This document shows positions 11,130-22,583 of a stretch of DNA of 64,000 nt, in pieces. Position 1 is the first letter of the stretch; each line of letters begins with the position of its first letter. Both the position numbers and the translations under genes were made by a program. The notes beneath the pieces were generated by a model. The model saw only the letters and a program-made list of their open reading frames with translations, had not been told where the DNA came from and made no database searches. The stretch lies in the NCBI RefSeq assembly GCF_003334305.1, contig NZ_QOWS01000003.1. One strand, written 5' to 3'. The stretch is from Escherichia coli. GTDB taxonomy: Bacteria > Pseudomonadota > Gammaproteobacteria > Enterobacterales > Enterobacteriaceae.

Positions 11130-12415
11130 TTCGCTGTTTCCTCACTCACAATTCGGTTCACCAGGCGGCCCACGCCTTCTACTTCCACCACCACTTCATC
11201 GCCAGGCACCACGTCAGATAAGCCTTTTGGTGTGCCGGTGGCGATCATGTCGCCCGGATTCAGGGTCATAAATTCGCTTAAGTAGGCGATCAGGAAGGGC
11301 ACGCTGAAGATCAGATCGGCGGTGGTGCCTTGCTGGCGTAACTCGCCGTTGACGAAGGTGCGAAGGGTCAGATTATGCGGGTCCGGGATCGCCTCTTTCG
11401 GCACGATGGTTGAAAGCATCGGCGTCAGTCCGTCGCGGCTTTTGACCCGCAGGTTAGGGCGGTAGTAGTTTTCCAGATAGTCGCGAATGGCGTAGTCGTT
11501 ACACACGGTGTAGCCCGCGACATAATCCATGGCATCGGCTTCGCTGACGTTACGCGCCTGTTTGCCAATAACTACCACCAGCTCCGCTTCATAGTGCATG
11601 TATTCAATATTGTTTGGACGCACGGAGGTCTGGTTATCGCCAGTGAGGGTATTTGGCGCTTTCAGGAACACCAGCGGTTCTTCCGGTGGCTTAAATTCCA
11701 GTTCGCTGGCGTGGTCGGCGTAGTTCAGGCCGAGGGCAAACAGCGTGCCGTGCGGGTGTGGCTGCGTTGGGAAGCTCTTGCGCGTGGTCACTTCACGTTC
11801 GTCCACTACCGGATTTTCCAGCGGCGGGAAACCTTCTGCGAGAACACGAACGCGATCGCCTGGCTGTATTTCCACGCGCGCCTGTGGCGTGCCGAGCAGA
11901 ATGGCATCGCCTGGATTCAGTGTGGCAAATTCGCTCAGGGCGCTCAGCAACTGCGCGGCGTTACGTTGTAAATCGGCGGTATTCCAGTGATCGGCAGGAC
12001 GCCCGTTGATCTCGGTATAGATGGTCAGATTATCGACATTGCTGAGAGCCACGGTTTCGCCAATGGGGCAGAATCCATCACGACATTTTGCTTTGATTGC
12101 CGGGCGGTAAAAGCTCTCTTCCGGCAGGCTGACGTCGTTAGCCAGCGCATATCCGGCGATGTACTCTGCCGCATCTTCTTCACGTACTTTCGTCGCCGTT
12201 TTTCCCACAATCAGCGCAACAGTCGCACCGCTCAGTACCTTTTCACCCTGTGGAAAGGGAATCGGTTCACCGCAACCAATCACCGTATTGCGCGGTTTAA
12301 TAAACCAGACCGCAGTTTTAGGCGGGGCTTTGTAGGGGGATTGCTGGAACGCTTCCTGCCATGCATCAAGTTGGCTGCGATGGTTCAACGCTACGGCGAA
12401 GATAGTGCCTTTCAT
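11126..12415 (-). CDS. hpaG: Bifunctional OPET decarboxylase / HHDD isomerase (duplicated FAH-fold)
   Basis: 429 aa with two internally similar halves; 4-bp overlap with hpaE start. Confidence 0.8.
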   Translation of the reverse strand: MKGTIFAVALNHRSQLDAWQEAFQQSPYKAPPKTAVWFIKPRNTVIGCGEPIPFPQGEKVLSGATVALIVGKTATKVREEDAAEYIAGYALANDVSLPEESFYRPAIKAKCRDGFCPIGETVALSNVDNLTIYTEINGRPADHWNTADLQRNAAQLLSALSEFATLNPGDAILLGTPQARVEIQPGDRVRVLAEGFPPLENPVVDEREVTTRKSFPTQPHPHGTLFALGLNYADHASELEFKPPEEPLVFLKAPNTLTGDNQTSVRPNNIEYMHYEAELVVVIGKQARNVSEADAMDYVAGYTVCNDYAIRDYLENYYRPNLRVKSRDGLTPMLSTIVPKEAIPDPHNLTLRTFVNGELRQQGTTADLIFSVPFLIAYLSEFMTLNPGDMIATGTPKGLSDVVPGDEVVVEVEGVGRLVNRIVSEETAK

Positions 12416-12421
12416 TACCAC

Positions 12422-12686
12422 TCCTCGGATTCGATCATTTTAATCATTAATATGTTAATGATTACTTTTATTCCCGATTGCGTAGTTTGGCAAAAGTAAG
12501 TGATGTAAATGTGATCTAATTAACAAACTATTTACATTTAAAGATAATAAAATATTAAATATCAGCAAGTTAACAAAACATGCTCAATTTTGATAAAATG
12601 AAGAATTGCAGGGGCAGCGCAGTCCCGGTAACGTGATGATTAACTGTTTCTATATTAATGATTTTGAATTTTTCAGGGGAAAGATA
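12422..12686. promoter_or_regulatory. Divergent hpaG / hpaR promoter-operator region
   Basis: 265 bp AT-rich gap between divergently oriented hpaG and hpaR. Confidence 0.5.
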
Positions 12687-13133
12687 ATGCACGACTCTCT
12701 AACCATTGCGTTGCTCCAGGCGCGAGAAGCGGCGATGAGTTATTTTCGCCCAATCGTTAAACGGCATAATTTGACTGAGCAACAGTGGCGCATCGTGCGT
12801 ATTCTGGCGGAAAGCCCATCAATGGATTTTCACGATCTGGCGTATCGCGCCTGCATTTTGCGCCCAAGCCTGACCGGGATCCTTACGCGGATGGAACGCG
12901 ACGGTTTAGTGTTGCGATTAAAGCCGATCAATGATCAGCGGAAGCTCTATATCTCGCTAACCAAAGAGGGGCAGGCGCTGTATAACCGCGCTCAGACACA
13001 GATTGAAGAAGCCTATCGGCAGATTGAAGCTCAGTTTACTGCCGAGAAAATGCAACAGTTAACCCATCTGTTAGAGGAATTTATTGCTCTGGGCAATTCC
13101 CGACAAGAAGACATCCCGGGCGATAATGAATAA
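12687..13133 (+). CDS. hpaR: MarR-family repressor of the hpa meta-cleavage operon
   Basis: Start at ATG 12687 (MHDSLTIALLQ…) with agggga RBS; 148 aa; MarR-like winged helix. Confidence 0.8.
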   Translation: MHDSLTIALLQAREAAMSYFRPIVKRHNLTEQQWRIVRILAESPSMDFHDLAYRACILRPSLTGILTRMERDGLVLRLKPINDQRKLYISLTKEGQALYNRAQTQIEEAYRQIEAQFTAEKMQQLTHLLEEFIALGNSRQEDIPGDNE

Positions 13134-13251
13134 CTTTTTAGTATCTGATAACCAGCGCCTGGTTTTTCCATGGATGGCGGGTTACACCTTTTCATAAAGT
13201 TTTTGCTTTCCAGGCCGAAAATCTTGCATCGGTCCACAGGAAAGAGAAACC

Positions 13252-14916
13252 ATGTTAAAACGTATCAAGATCGTGACCAGCTTACTGCTGGTTTTGGCTG
13301 TTTTTGGCCTTTTACAACTGACATCAGGCGGTCTGTTCTTTAATGCCTTAAAGAATGACAAAGAAAATTTCACTGTTTTACAAACCATTCGCCAGCAGCA
13401 ATCCACGCTGAATGGCAGCTGGGTCGCGTTGTTGCAGACGCGTAACACCCTCAACCGCGCGGGTATCCGCTACATGATGGATCAGAATAATATTGGTAGC
13501 GGTTCAACCGTTGCTGAGCTGATGCAGAGTGCCAGTATTTCGCTGAAACAGGCGGAAAAAAACTGGGCGGATTACGAAGCGTTGCCGCGTGACCCGCGTC
13601 AGAGCACCGCCGCAGCGGCAGAGATCAAACGTAATTACGATATTTATCACAATGCGCTGGCGGAGCTGATCCAACTATTAGGGGCAGGCAAAATCAACGA
13701 GTTCTTTGATCAGCCGACCCAGGGATATCAGGACGGTTTCGAGAAGCAGTATGTGGCTTACATGGAGCAAAACGATCGGCTCTATGATATCGCCGTCAGC
13801 GATAACAATGCCTCCTACAGCCAGGCTATGTGGATTCTGGTGGGCGTGATGATCGTCGTACTGGCGGTCATCTTCGCCGTCTGGTTCGGTATTAAAGCCT
13901 CGCTGGTAGCGCCAATGAATCGCCTGATTGACAGCATTCGTCATATTGCAGGCGGCGATCTGGTGAAACCGATTGAGGTGGATGGCTCTAATGAGATGGG
14001 GCAACTGGCAGAGAGTTTGCGCCATATGCAGGGAGAGCTGATGCGTACCGTCGGTGATGTGCGCAACGGGGCCAATGCCATCTATAGCGGTGCCAGCGAA
14101 ATCGCCACCGGCAATAACGATCTCTCTTCGCGCACCGAGCAACAGGCCGCTTCGCTGGAAGAGACGGCAGCCAGCATGGAGCAACTGACCGCAACGGTGA
14201 AGCAGAACGCCGAAAATGCGCGCCAGGCCAGCCATCTGGCGTTAAGTGCTTCTGAAACGGCGCAACGCGGCGGCAAAGTGGTGGATAACGTGGTGCAGAC
14301 TATGCGCGATATCTCCACCAGTTCGCAGAAAATCGCCGATATTATCAGCGTAATTGACGGCATTGCCTTCCAGACCAATATTCTGGCTTTGAACGCGGCG
14401 GTTGAGGCTGCGCGTGCGGGTGAGCAAGGGCGCGGTTTTGCGGTGGTTGCGGGAGAAGTGCGTAATCTGGCCCAGCGTAGCGCCCAGGCGGCTCGTGAAA
14501 TTAAAAGCCTGATTGAAGACTCGGTGGGGAAAGTGGATGTTGGCTCTACGCTGGTCGAAAGCGCCGGGGAAACAATGGCGGAGATTGTCAGTGCTGTGAC
14601 CCGCGTGACGGACATTATGGGCGAAATAGCTTCTGCTTCTGATGAGCAGAGCCGTGGTATCGATCAGGTTGGCTTAGCGGTTGCTGAGATGGACCGGGTA
14701 ACTCAACAGAACGCCGCGCTGGTGGAAGAATCTGCCGCCGCCGCCGCCGCGCTGGAAGAGCAGGCCAGTCGCCTGACCGAAGCTGTGGCAGTGTTCCGGA
14801 TTCAGCAACAGCAGCAACAGCAGCGTGAAACATCGGCTGTGGTAAAAACCGTGACGCCAGCTACGCCGCGTAAAATGGCAGTGGCAGATAGCGGGGAGAA
14901 CTGGGAAACGTTTTAA
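13252..14916 (+). CDS. tsr: Methyl-accepting chemotaxis protein I (serine chemoreceptor)
   Basis: 554 aa; HAMP and methyl-accepting domains; C-terminal NWETF pentapeptide; seven-Gln run at 14803-14823. Confidence 0.95.
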   Translation: MLKRIKIVTSLLLVLAVFGLLQLTSGGLFFNALKNDKENFTVLQTIRQQQSTLNGSWVALLQTRNTLNRAGIRYMMDQNNIGSGSTVAELMQSASISLKQAEKNWADYEALPRDPRQSTAAAAEIKRNYDIYHNALAELIQLLGAGKINEFFDQPTQGYQDGFEKQYVAYMEQNDRLYDIAVSDNNASYSQAMWILVGVMIVVLAVIFAVWFGIKASLVAPMNRLIDSIRHIAGGDLVKPIEVDGSNEMGQLAESLRHMQGELMRTVGDVRNGANAIYSGASEIATGNNDLSSRTEQQAASLEETAASMEQLTATVKQNAENARQASHLALSASETAQRGGKVVDNVVQTMRDISTSSQKIADIISVIDGIAFQTNILALNAAVEAARAGEQGRGFAVVAGEVRNLAQRSAQAAREIKSLIEDSVGKVDVGSTLVESAGETMAEIVSAVTRVTDIMGEIASASDEQSRGIDQVGLAVAEMDRVTQQNAALVEESAAAAAALEEQASRLTEAVAVFRIQQQQQQQRETSAVVKTVTPATPRKMAVADSGENWETF

Positions 14917-14929
14917 TCGCCATAAAAAT

Positions 14930-14955
14930 GCCCGATAAGCAAAATGTTATCGGGC
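14930..14955. terminator. Hairpin terminator between convergent tsr and lgoT
   Basis: Stem gcccgataa (14930-14938) / ttatcgggc (14947-14955); T-rich on the minus side. Confidence 0.5.
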
Positions 14956-14964
14956 ATAGGGAGA

Positions 14965-16326
14965 TTAATCTTTACGTGGGTCGTTGATCGGCTGACGAAC
15001 CAGGAAGATGTACGCCAGTGCCCCCGCTGCGGTGACGCAACCGCAGATGATTAGTGCCAGACGGAATGAGTGGGTGGTATCAACAATAAAACCAGTAATG
15101 ATCGGCGCAAAAGAGGCGCAGATGAAGCTGGCAAAGTTCTGGATACTGCCCACCGACGCAGTCATGCGAGAAGCAACTGCGACGTGGATCAAGCCCCAGC
15201 AGGATGTTCCGGCAAAGTGAATACAGAACAGTGCCATGCCAATCAGCAGAACCGCTGTCATGGATGTTGTCGCTTGCGGTACGACCAGCGTAAAGGCGGC
15301 AGAACAGAACATCCCGGCAATAATGCAGATCTTACGGCTTTTAATCGGAGCCATTCCCCCTTTGACCAGCCAGTCAGTAACGTAACCGTTGACCAGCATC
15401 CCGGCAGCCCCAAACAGGAAAGGGATAGCCGCCATCAACCCTGTGCTTTTTAAATCCAGGTTATAGGCTGTTTGCAGGTAACCAGGAAGCCAGGCCAGAT
15501 ACAGCCACGCAGTGTAGTTGATGCCACTGAATCCGAGCATCATTCCCCACATTGTGCGGTTACGGAACAGGCTGCGCCATTCGGCAAAACTGAGCGGATC
15601 TCGGCGGGCATTGACGCTACCTGCATTGAGATAAGCTTGTTCAACGGCAGTCAGTTCTACGTGCTCGCGGTTGCGATAGAGCATATACCAGCCAATGGCG
15701 AGAAAAATCCCCAGCACACCAATGGTAATAAACATCCCACGCCAGCCCATCACCAGCATCATCGCCGCCAGAATCGGTGGGCTTACGGCAACGCCAATGG
15801 TAGAAGCTGCGTTGAAGAAGCCCATCGGGCGTCCGCGCTCTTTGATGTTGAACCAGTCGTTAATGACTTTTACGCCACATGGGTTCATCGGCGCTTCACC
15901 AATCCCCATACCGATACGCACCAACACGAACTGCGTAAAGCTGTGCACCATGCCAGACATGGCCTGGAACAGTGACCAGAAGAACATCCCCAGTCCCAGC
16001 ATCAGGCGTGGGCCTTTACGATCCAATAGTGGGCCGCAAGGAAGTTGCGCAATCCCGTAAGCGAGTGAAAACACGGAGAGCAAAGCGCCGATTTCGGTGG
16101 CACTTAATCCCAATTCTTCACGAATCGTTAAATTTGCTACCGACAGCGAACTGCGGTCGAGATAATTGATTACCGCCGCAAAAAATAATAACAACATGGC
16201 GGTGGTTTGAATGCGTTTAATTCGGGTACTGCGTTGAACTAATCCATCTGGTGGCACGGGAATATCTGCCGACGAAGATGGAGTAAATGAAGAACGCGGA
16301 TCGAGGGTGATATTTTCTTTTTCCAC
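14965..16326 (-). CDS. lgoT: L-galactonate:H+ symporter (MFS)
   Basis: 453 aa MFS transporter; synteny with lgoR and lgoD (yjiZ). Confidence 0.8.
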   Translation of the reverse strand: MEKENITLDPRSSFTPSSSADIPVPPDGLVQRSTRIKRIQTTAMLLLFFAAVINYLDRSSLSVANLTIREELGLSATEIGALLSVFSLAYGIAQLPCGPLLDRKGPRLMLGLGMFFWSLFQAMSGMVHSFTQFVLVRIGMGIGEAPMNPCGVKVINDWFNIKERGRPMGFFNAASTIGVAVSPPILAAMMLVMGWRGMFITIGVLGIFLAIGWYMLYRNREHVELTAVEQAYLNAGSVNARRDPLSFAEWRSLFRNRTMWGMMLGFSGINYTAWLYLAWLPGYLQTAYNLDLKSTGLMAAIPFLFGAAGMLVNGYVTDWLVKGGMAPIKSRKICIIAGMFCSAAFTLVVPQATTSMTAVLLIGMALFCIHFAGTSCWGLIHVAVASRMTASVGSIQNFASFICASFAPIITGFIVDTTHSFRLALIICGCVTAAGALAYIFLVRQPINDPRKD

Positions 16327-16540
16327 GCCGGACTCCTGTATTTATAATTTTAATTGTTTACGTAATTGTGAATTACGCAAGGTTGACATTAACGGCAGGT
16401 TAAAGTTTTAGGACTTTACTACCGCTCACAAAAAAATTTTTAGTCGACTGATTGTGAGCATAGGTAAGCGGGAATTTCCCGGTATTTATCTTTTGATAAA
16501 ACCGTGCACCCGCTAATAGTTTGCTGTTTTTAATCCGTAC

Positions 16541-17455
16541 TTAATGAGCATAACGCGTGTTCTCATTAATGGATCGAATCATTGATTGTTTAGCTGAATT
16601 CAAATGGTTACGGAGCGCAAGGGTGGCATCAAGGTCACTGCGGCAAATCAGAGCGCTGAGAATGGTCATATGCTCATCGACGGCAATGATATTGCGCTGT
16701 TTAAGATCGCTTTCGTCCCATTGATAGTGAAAATGAAAGATGACTGAGATGATCTCAAGCGATTGATCAAAAAAGATATTGTCGGCAGCTGAAAGCAGTA
16801 AGGAGTGAAAATCTCTGTCAAGTTGCGAGAACATGCGAAAGCTATTGCCGATGTTGTCACGCAGTAGCCGATGACGTTCGAGCATGGTTTTCGCCTGCAG
16901 CCAGCGGGGATCATGATCAGGCAGGTTGAGAAAGTGCTGAAGTGAATGTGTTTCGAGCATTTCGCGTAGCTCAAACAGCTGCTCGGCGTAGGATTGATCG
17001 AATTGCTTCATGCTCCACTGGCCGCGTTTTTCGCTTTGAATAAGATTATAACGGCCGAATTTTAAAAGATATTCTCTTACAACCACCGGGCTGACACCCG
17101 CGGCCCGAGCCAGTTGCAGTTCAGAAAAAGTTTCCCCAGGGCGTAACTGACGCTGGTTTATCATCGTGAAAAAAGCCTGCTCAAACACTTTGTTTTGTTC
17201 ACTCATTGAAGCGGTAGTACAGGCGAAACCGTCATCATGGTCAGGTTTACGCGCAATAACATAGTCGTTTCCAACCTGCGTTAAGACGCCGCATTCGCGT
17301 AAGTGGCTGAGAATATGACGCACTGTTGTGCGGCTGATGTTGTACATTTCCGCCAGCGCACTTTGCGATGGAAGTGGGGAAGGGATATGACCCCGCGCCA
17401 TATCATCAATGACCTGGTTAATCACATTGTGGCGTAAATTTTGTGAACGACTCAT
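16541..17455 (-). CDS. lgoR: GntR-family transcriptional regulator of L-galactonate utilisation
   Basis: 304 aa; N-terminal GntR-type HTH (…LAEMYNISRTTVRHIL…) (yjjM). Confidence 0.8.
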   Translation of the reverse strand: MSRSQNLRHNVINQVIDDMARGHIPSPLPSQSALAEMYNISRTTVRHILSHLRECGVLTQVGNDYVIARKPDHDDGFACTTASMSEQNKVFEQAFFTMINQRQLRPGETFSELQLARAAGVSPVVVREYLLKFGRYNLIQSEKRGQWSMKQFDQSYAEQLFELREMLETHSLQHFLNLPDHDPRWLQAKTMLERHRLLRDNIGNSFRMFSQLDRDFHSLLLSAADNIFFDQSLEIISVIFHFHYQWDESDLKQRNIIAVDEHMTILSALICRSDLDATLALRNHLNSAKQSMIRSINENTRYAH

Positions 17456-17593
17456 ATTTTCCTCCTTGTGAGTCCATTAAAACCCGATTTAAAACATTTT
17501 TATGCGTGTGTTTTCACAAAACAGATTTTCCGTTCCGCTGCCATTTTTCATTTTCATTGATATCTAAGGCAACAAAAAATGGAGAGCCGAATC

Positions 17594-18616
17594 ATGTCTA
17601 CGATGAATGTTTTAATTTGCCAGCAGCCGAAAGAATTAGTCTGGAAACAACGCGAGATACCTATTCCGGGTGACAATGAAGCATTAATAAAAATTAAGTC
17701 TGTCGGGATTTGCGGTACCGATATTCATGCCTGGGGTGGAAATCAACCATTTTTTAGTTATCCACGTGTTTTAGGCCATGAAATATGTGGGGAGATTGTT
17801 GGGCTGGGTAAAAATATTGCTGATCTTAAAAATGGTCAGCAAGTTGCTGTGATCCCTTATGTTGCCTGTCAGCAATGCCCGGCGTGTAAAAGCGGGCGTA
17901 CCAATTGCTGTGAAAAAATTTCAGTCATTGGCGTGCATCAGGATGGCGGTTTTAGTGAGTATTTGAGCGTGCCGGTGGCGAACATTTTGCCCGCAGACGG
18001 TATTGACCCGCAGGCGGCCGCATTGATTGAACCTTTCGCTATTAGCGCTCATGCGGTGCGTCGCGCAGCCATTGCTCCCGGCGAGCAGGTGCTGGTGGTC
18101 GGGGCGGGGCCAATCGGTCTGGGCGCGGCGGCAATCGCTAAAACCGATGGCGCACAGGTGGTGGTGGCGGATACCAGTCCGGCGCGCCGTGAACATGTGG
18201 CAACGCGTCTGGAATTACCTTTACTGGACCCGTCAGCCGAAGATTTTGACGCGCAGCTACGGGCGCAGTTTGGTGGTTCGCTGGCGCAGAAAGTGATCGA
18301 CGCGACAGGTAATCAACATGCGATGAATAACACCGTGAATTTGATTCGTCACGGCGGCACGGTGGTATTTGTCGGCCTGTTTAAAGGTGAGTTGCAGTTT
18401 TCCGATCCGGAATTCCATAAAAAAGAAACGACGATGATGGGCAGCCGCAACGCCACGCCGGAAGATTTTGCTAAAGTCGGTCGACTGATGGCGGAAGGAA
18501 AAATCACTGCCGACATGATGTTAACCCATCGCTATCCGTTCGCCACGCTGGCAGAAACCTACGAGCGCGATGTGATTAACAATCGTGAGTTGATTAAGGG
18601 TGTAATTACTTTCTGA
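17594..18616 (+). CDS. lgoD: L-galactonate 5-dehydrogenase (Zn-dependent alcohol dehydrogenase family)
   Basis: Start at MSTMNVLICQQ (340 aa); GHEICG and GAGPIGLG motifs (yjjN). Confidence 0.8.
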   Translation: MSTMNVLICQQPKELVWKQREIPIPGDNEALIKIKSVGICGTDIHAWGGNQPFFSYPRVLGHEICGEIVGLGKNIADLKNGQQVAVIPYVACQQCPACKSGRTNCCEKISVIGVHQDGGFSEYLSVPVANILPADGIDPQAAALIEPFAISAHAVRRAAIAPGEQVLVVGAGPIGLGAAAIAKTDGAQVVVADTSPARREHVATRLELPLLDPSAEDFDAQLRAQFGGSLAQKVIDATGNQHAMNNTVNLIRHGGTVVFVGLFKGELQFSDPEFHKKETTMMGSRNATPEDFAKVGRLMAEGKITADMMLTHRYPFATLAETYERDVINNRELIKGVITF

Positions 18617-18642
18617 TAAGGCGAGATTATTAAAGTTGCCAT

Positions 18643-18745
18643 GCAGCGTCCGGGGAAGTGTTGGGCGCTGTTTTTTTTCTGTTTCTCAATGATGTTTTGT
18701 AGGCCGGAGAAGGTGTGTAGGTCGCACCTTATGCGACCTACACAT
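18643..18745. terminator. lgoD terminator plus REP-like palindrome between lgoD and opgB
   Basis: gcgctgtttttttt (18665-18678) T-run; palindrome tgtgtaggtcgcacc…gcgacctacaca 18714-18743. Confidence 0.5.
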
Positions 18746-18755
18746 CAGTCAGGAA

Positions 18756-21047
18756 TTACCCTTCACGTTCCACAACTTTAATTTCCACCATGCCGATCCC
18801 GAGCTTACGCGGCGAGTGTCCGAGGATATTCCCTTCGTTGGTTGAGACAGGTTCCGGCGGCACAATTACCAGTGTGTCGGCATCGGTTGGGTTATCGAAA
18901 TGCAGTGTGGTGGTGGTCACTTCATTGCCCAGCACAAGAGTTTGTTCTTCATTGCCTACGCGTACCGGAATAGGACGGCTGGCGTTATTGCCGTATGCTT
19001 TGGCGGTAATCACCAGGTCAAATTTCTTCGGCAGCGGATGCTTGTACTCGATTTTTACTTCATCGCCCAGCTGCGCGTTGGACCAGCGGCCCCACGACTC
19101 TGGACGGGAAATCCCACTAAACTGTTTCACCTCTTCAGGCGCACCGGCGACGTTGAAGATGAAACTGTCGGCTTTGTAGCGAATATCGTTATCAACAATT
19201 TTCAGCGTATCGACATTGCCTTTATAACGCGCCATGTCGATGACCGTATCTTTAAATGCCGTTTTGCCCTGCCATGTTGTTTTGTCAACATGCTGAACAA
19301 TTTGCTGACCGCCAAGCTGCCCTTGCGAGACACACCAGTCGGTGGAGAGTGCCAGTTCCGGAGCCCAGAGTTGTGCCATCTTATAGCAACGGTCAACCCA
19401 GACGAAATTGTCGCGTGGAGCGAAATCGGCCAGCTGGAAACGCAGCGGTGCTGAGTATTCGCTTTCCGGCAGCGGTTCTACGCGCTTGTCTGAAACCCGC
19501 AACAGCAGCGGCAAACGGAAATGGCTACCCGAGAAGGCAATCATGTTTTTCTGCTGGTCGATAGTGAACTCTTTCATCTCTTTAGGGAATTTCCACAGGC
19601 GGATGATATCCGGCTTCCACGCCAATGTTTTCTCTTTGATATTGAGGAAGATTTCCGACATCGACTGCCCGGATAAACTGCTACGACCAAGTCCGAGATA
19701 GTTATCGCCACCGAGAATGTCCAGCACCGTCGCGCCGTTATCCATCGTGTTACGCTTCACTGCCAGCGTCTCTTGCTGCGGCTTGTCGCCACGAATGACA
19801 AAAAACAGGTTATTGCGATCCTGCTTATTAAGGTATTTCCACGCCGTGTTGTTCATCGCTAAATGGTCAGAAGAGACGACGATGACGGTATCTTTAAACC
19901 ACGGTGACGCTTTGATTTTGTTGATAAACGCCGCGATATTCTCCTGGCTGCAACTTACCGCGCTGAATGACTGGTTCGGCTTACCGTCAAAATCATATTT
20001 TTTGCGGTTACAGGTACGCGAGATAAAACCATCCGGGTGATGGGTATCGACTGTCAGGGTAAACAGTGAGAATCGCTGACCTGAGCGGGAAAGCTCTTCA
20101 AACTTTTTCCACGCTTCATCGAGAACGGTATCGTCGTAGAATCCCCAGTCGTTGCGATAGTGCGGGTCGGCCACCACGCTTTTCAGCTCTTCTGAGCCGT
20201 ATAAGTGGTCGAAGCCATGCGACTTCAGGAACACATCTTTACCGGCAAAACGCAGATTCGCGCCCTGCACGAAATAGTTCTGATAACCCGAGTTTTTCAG
20301 GATATCGCCCAGACAGATGTTCTGCGGGAAGAAGCTGGAGACAGAGGCGGAGGCGTTGCCTTCAAAGGGGGCAAACAGCGGTATGCCGCACTGAGAAGCC
20401 ACCATGCCCGCAATCGTGTAATCCGTTCCTGGCAGCTGCTGCGTGTGGCTGAAATCCAGGCCTTCATTTTTCAACGCGCCCAGTTCAGGCGTGAGATCCG
20501 GGAAAGCTTCGTTATCAAAATAGGTCCGCTCGAGACTTTCGCCGTAGATATAAACCAGGTTGAGTTTCGGGTCAGGGATAGTTTTCGACGGCTCTTTATA
20601 ATAAGCCGCAAAGTCCGGGTCGCCATCGCGTGACTGGGATTTCACCAGTTCCGTTATCTGACGAAATGCCGGGCTGGCGTCCACCGAACCCAGCGCCAGT
20701 AAGAGCGCCAGCAGGCTGTAACCAAAATGGTGCGGATGATGGCGACGACGGCGCAGGATCCAGCCCAGCGCACCGAACACCGCTGTCAGCCCCAGCACAA
20801 TGCCGATACCCGGCAGGATGTATTTGCTGACGCCAGCACCGGTCAGGCTGTTGGTTAAGGTATAGAGAACCGCGTCGTTAATACCATCGCCAGTAAAATA
20901 GTCGCTGGCAAACAGGGTGATATTTAAAACGACAAATAGCCCCAGCACCGTTAATGTGGCTGCAAACCACCAGGTGTTACGTCCCGCTTTCCATGCGTAA
21001 ATCAGCACAGAGGCGAGAAAAAGGGCGAAAGAGAGTAGTTCTGACAA
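18756..21047 (-). CDS. opgB: Phosphoglycerol transferase I (osmoregulated periplasmic glucan biosynthesis)
   Basis: 763 aa; N-terminal TM segments plus sulfatase-like domain (mdoB). Confidence 0.9.
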
Positions 21048-21300
21048 CGGGCGATCCTCACTAAACCGGGCCGTTTAGCCAACGTTTAAGCTTTTTGAGA
21101 AGCACAATGTAATGGCGTCGCCATATTGCTGCAATTCTAGTGTCAAAAAAATGCGATGTTGTTAGGAATTAGTTTATAAACAGACTTTTTTGATCGCGGT
21201 CGCTTCCCGTGTAACAGGGGGAAAACCGTCCAGGAGCAGGGAAAAGGGCAGGAGAGAGCCGCGTCAGCCGGGTAACAGCTAAAACGCGGCGTTTCGCGGT

Positions 21301-21798
21301 TCAGGAAATGAAGTTCAGCCCCTGCTTTAACACCAGATCGCAGGCTTTGGTTTTCACCTTTTCTGCCAGCGGAGTCGTTCCGATGTTATCCAGATTGAGT
21401 TGCTGACCATCTTTGGTTTTCAGCAAACCCTGAATGCCGTCCAGATAGTTGGTGTCTTCTTTTTGCTCTTCACTGTTCAGGCCCAGCTTTTCCAGCATCT
21501 GGTTCTTGATGTTTTCGGCATCGGTTACCGAAGCCAGCTTTTGCTTCGCGCAGTATTGCAGAATGCCTGCGGCATTGTTCATGTTATCTGCGCTTAAGGC
21601 CTGGTTTCCGCTGCTAAGCAAGTTAGTTAATGACGCGAGCGACCAACCGCCTTCCTGTGTCGTACTGTTTTGGTTGCCAAGTTCGCTGGCGGCGCTGGAG
21701 AGCGCATCTTTCCAGGACGCAGCATGCACCCCGGTGGAAATTAATGCGCTGGCGGCAATGGCACAGCACAGAAGATGTTTAACAGTTTTCATCATCAT
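21301..21798 (-). CDS. yjjA: Secreted protein of unknown function
   Basis: 165 aa with signal peptide; position upstream of dnaC as in K-12. Confidence 0.7.
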   Translation of the reverse strand: MMMKTVKHLLCCAIAASALISTGVHAASWKDALSSAASELGNQNSTTQEGGWSLASLTNLLSSGNQALSADNMNNAAGILQYCAKQKLASVTDAENIKNQMLEKLGLNSEEQKEDTNYLDGIQGLLKTKDGQQLNLDNIGTTPLAEKVKTKACDLVLKQGLNFIS

Positions 21799-21843
21799 TA
21801 CTCAAGGTGGAATTGTGTCGGAGTATACCGCCAGAAACGGGGA

Positions 21844-22581
21844 TTAATACTCTTTACCTGTTACCCGGCTACGGTAGCTATCCCAGTTGAAGATCACCCA
21901 CAAACTGTTACCCAGGCGCATACGGTCCATCACGCGTTCGCCCAGCAACTTGGTCATCTCTTCCATATTACTGTTGGTCAGCATCCCGGTTGGGCGTTTG
22001 GAAGAAGAGCGGCGATCGACGATCTGGTTGATGATCACTTTTTCGTATTTCGATTCGGTCTGCACGCCGATCTCATCGATCACCAGCAGATCAACGTTGC
22101 TCAGATCGTTAAGCAGTTGTTCTTCACTGGTACCGCTATTCCTGAAGGTATCTTTCATCGCCGACATAATATCGGCCACGGTGATGATCAATACGGATTT
22201 ACCGCGTAGCAGCAGCTCGTTGCAGATTGCCGCCGCCAGATGGTTTTTGCCGGTTCCTGGCTTACCAGAAAAGATAAAGCTGGCGATGTTGCCGTCAAAC
22301 TCTTCGACATACTGGCGCGCTTTGCTTAACGCATTCATCTGCCCTTCACACTCAACGCGATAGTTCTCAAAGGAGCAGTTCTGATGCAGTGGACGAATAC
22401 CGGAGCGGTTAAAGGTGCGCTGCATTTTCATCGCCCGATTTTCACGTTCGAGAGCGGCGGAGCGGATCGCCCCTTGTTCTTTTTGCCAGGCCAGTAGTTC
22501 TTCACCCGTTTTGAATGCGGGTTTGATATGGGCAGGCATCATTTTTTGCAGGCGTTGCATCAGGTCGCCAACGTTTTTCAT
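21844..22581 (-). CDS. dnaC: DNA replication helicase loader DnaC
   Basis: 245 aa; Walker A GKPGTGKNHLAAA. Confidence 0.95.
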   Translation of the reverse strand: MKNVGDLMQRLQKMMPAHIKPAFKTGEELLAWQKEQGAIRSAALERENRAMKMQRTFNRSGIRPLHQNCSFENYRVECEGQMNALSKARQYVEEFDGNIASFIFSGKPGTGKNHLAAAICNELLLRGKSVLIITVADIMSAMKDTFRNSGTSEEQLLNDLSNVDLLVIDEIGVQTESKYEKVIINQIVDRRSSSKRPTGMLTNSNMEEMTKLLGERVMDRMRLGNSLWVIFNWDSYRSRVTGKEY

Positions 22582-22583
22582 CG

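Noticed and set aside
10059-11285. 408-aa plus-strand ORF
   Set aside because: Lies entirely inside hpaE/hpaG on the opposite strand; low-complexity R/G/H-rich translation with no recognisable domain.
14082-14615. 177-aa minus-strand ORF, Ala/Ser/Thr-rich
   Set aside because: Antisense to the Ala-rich methyl-accepting domain of tsr.
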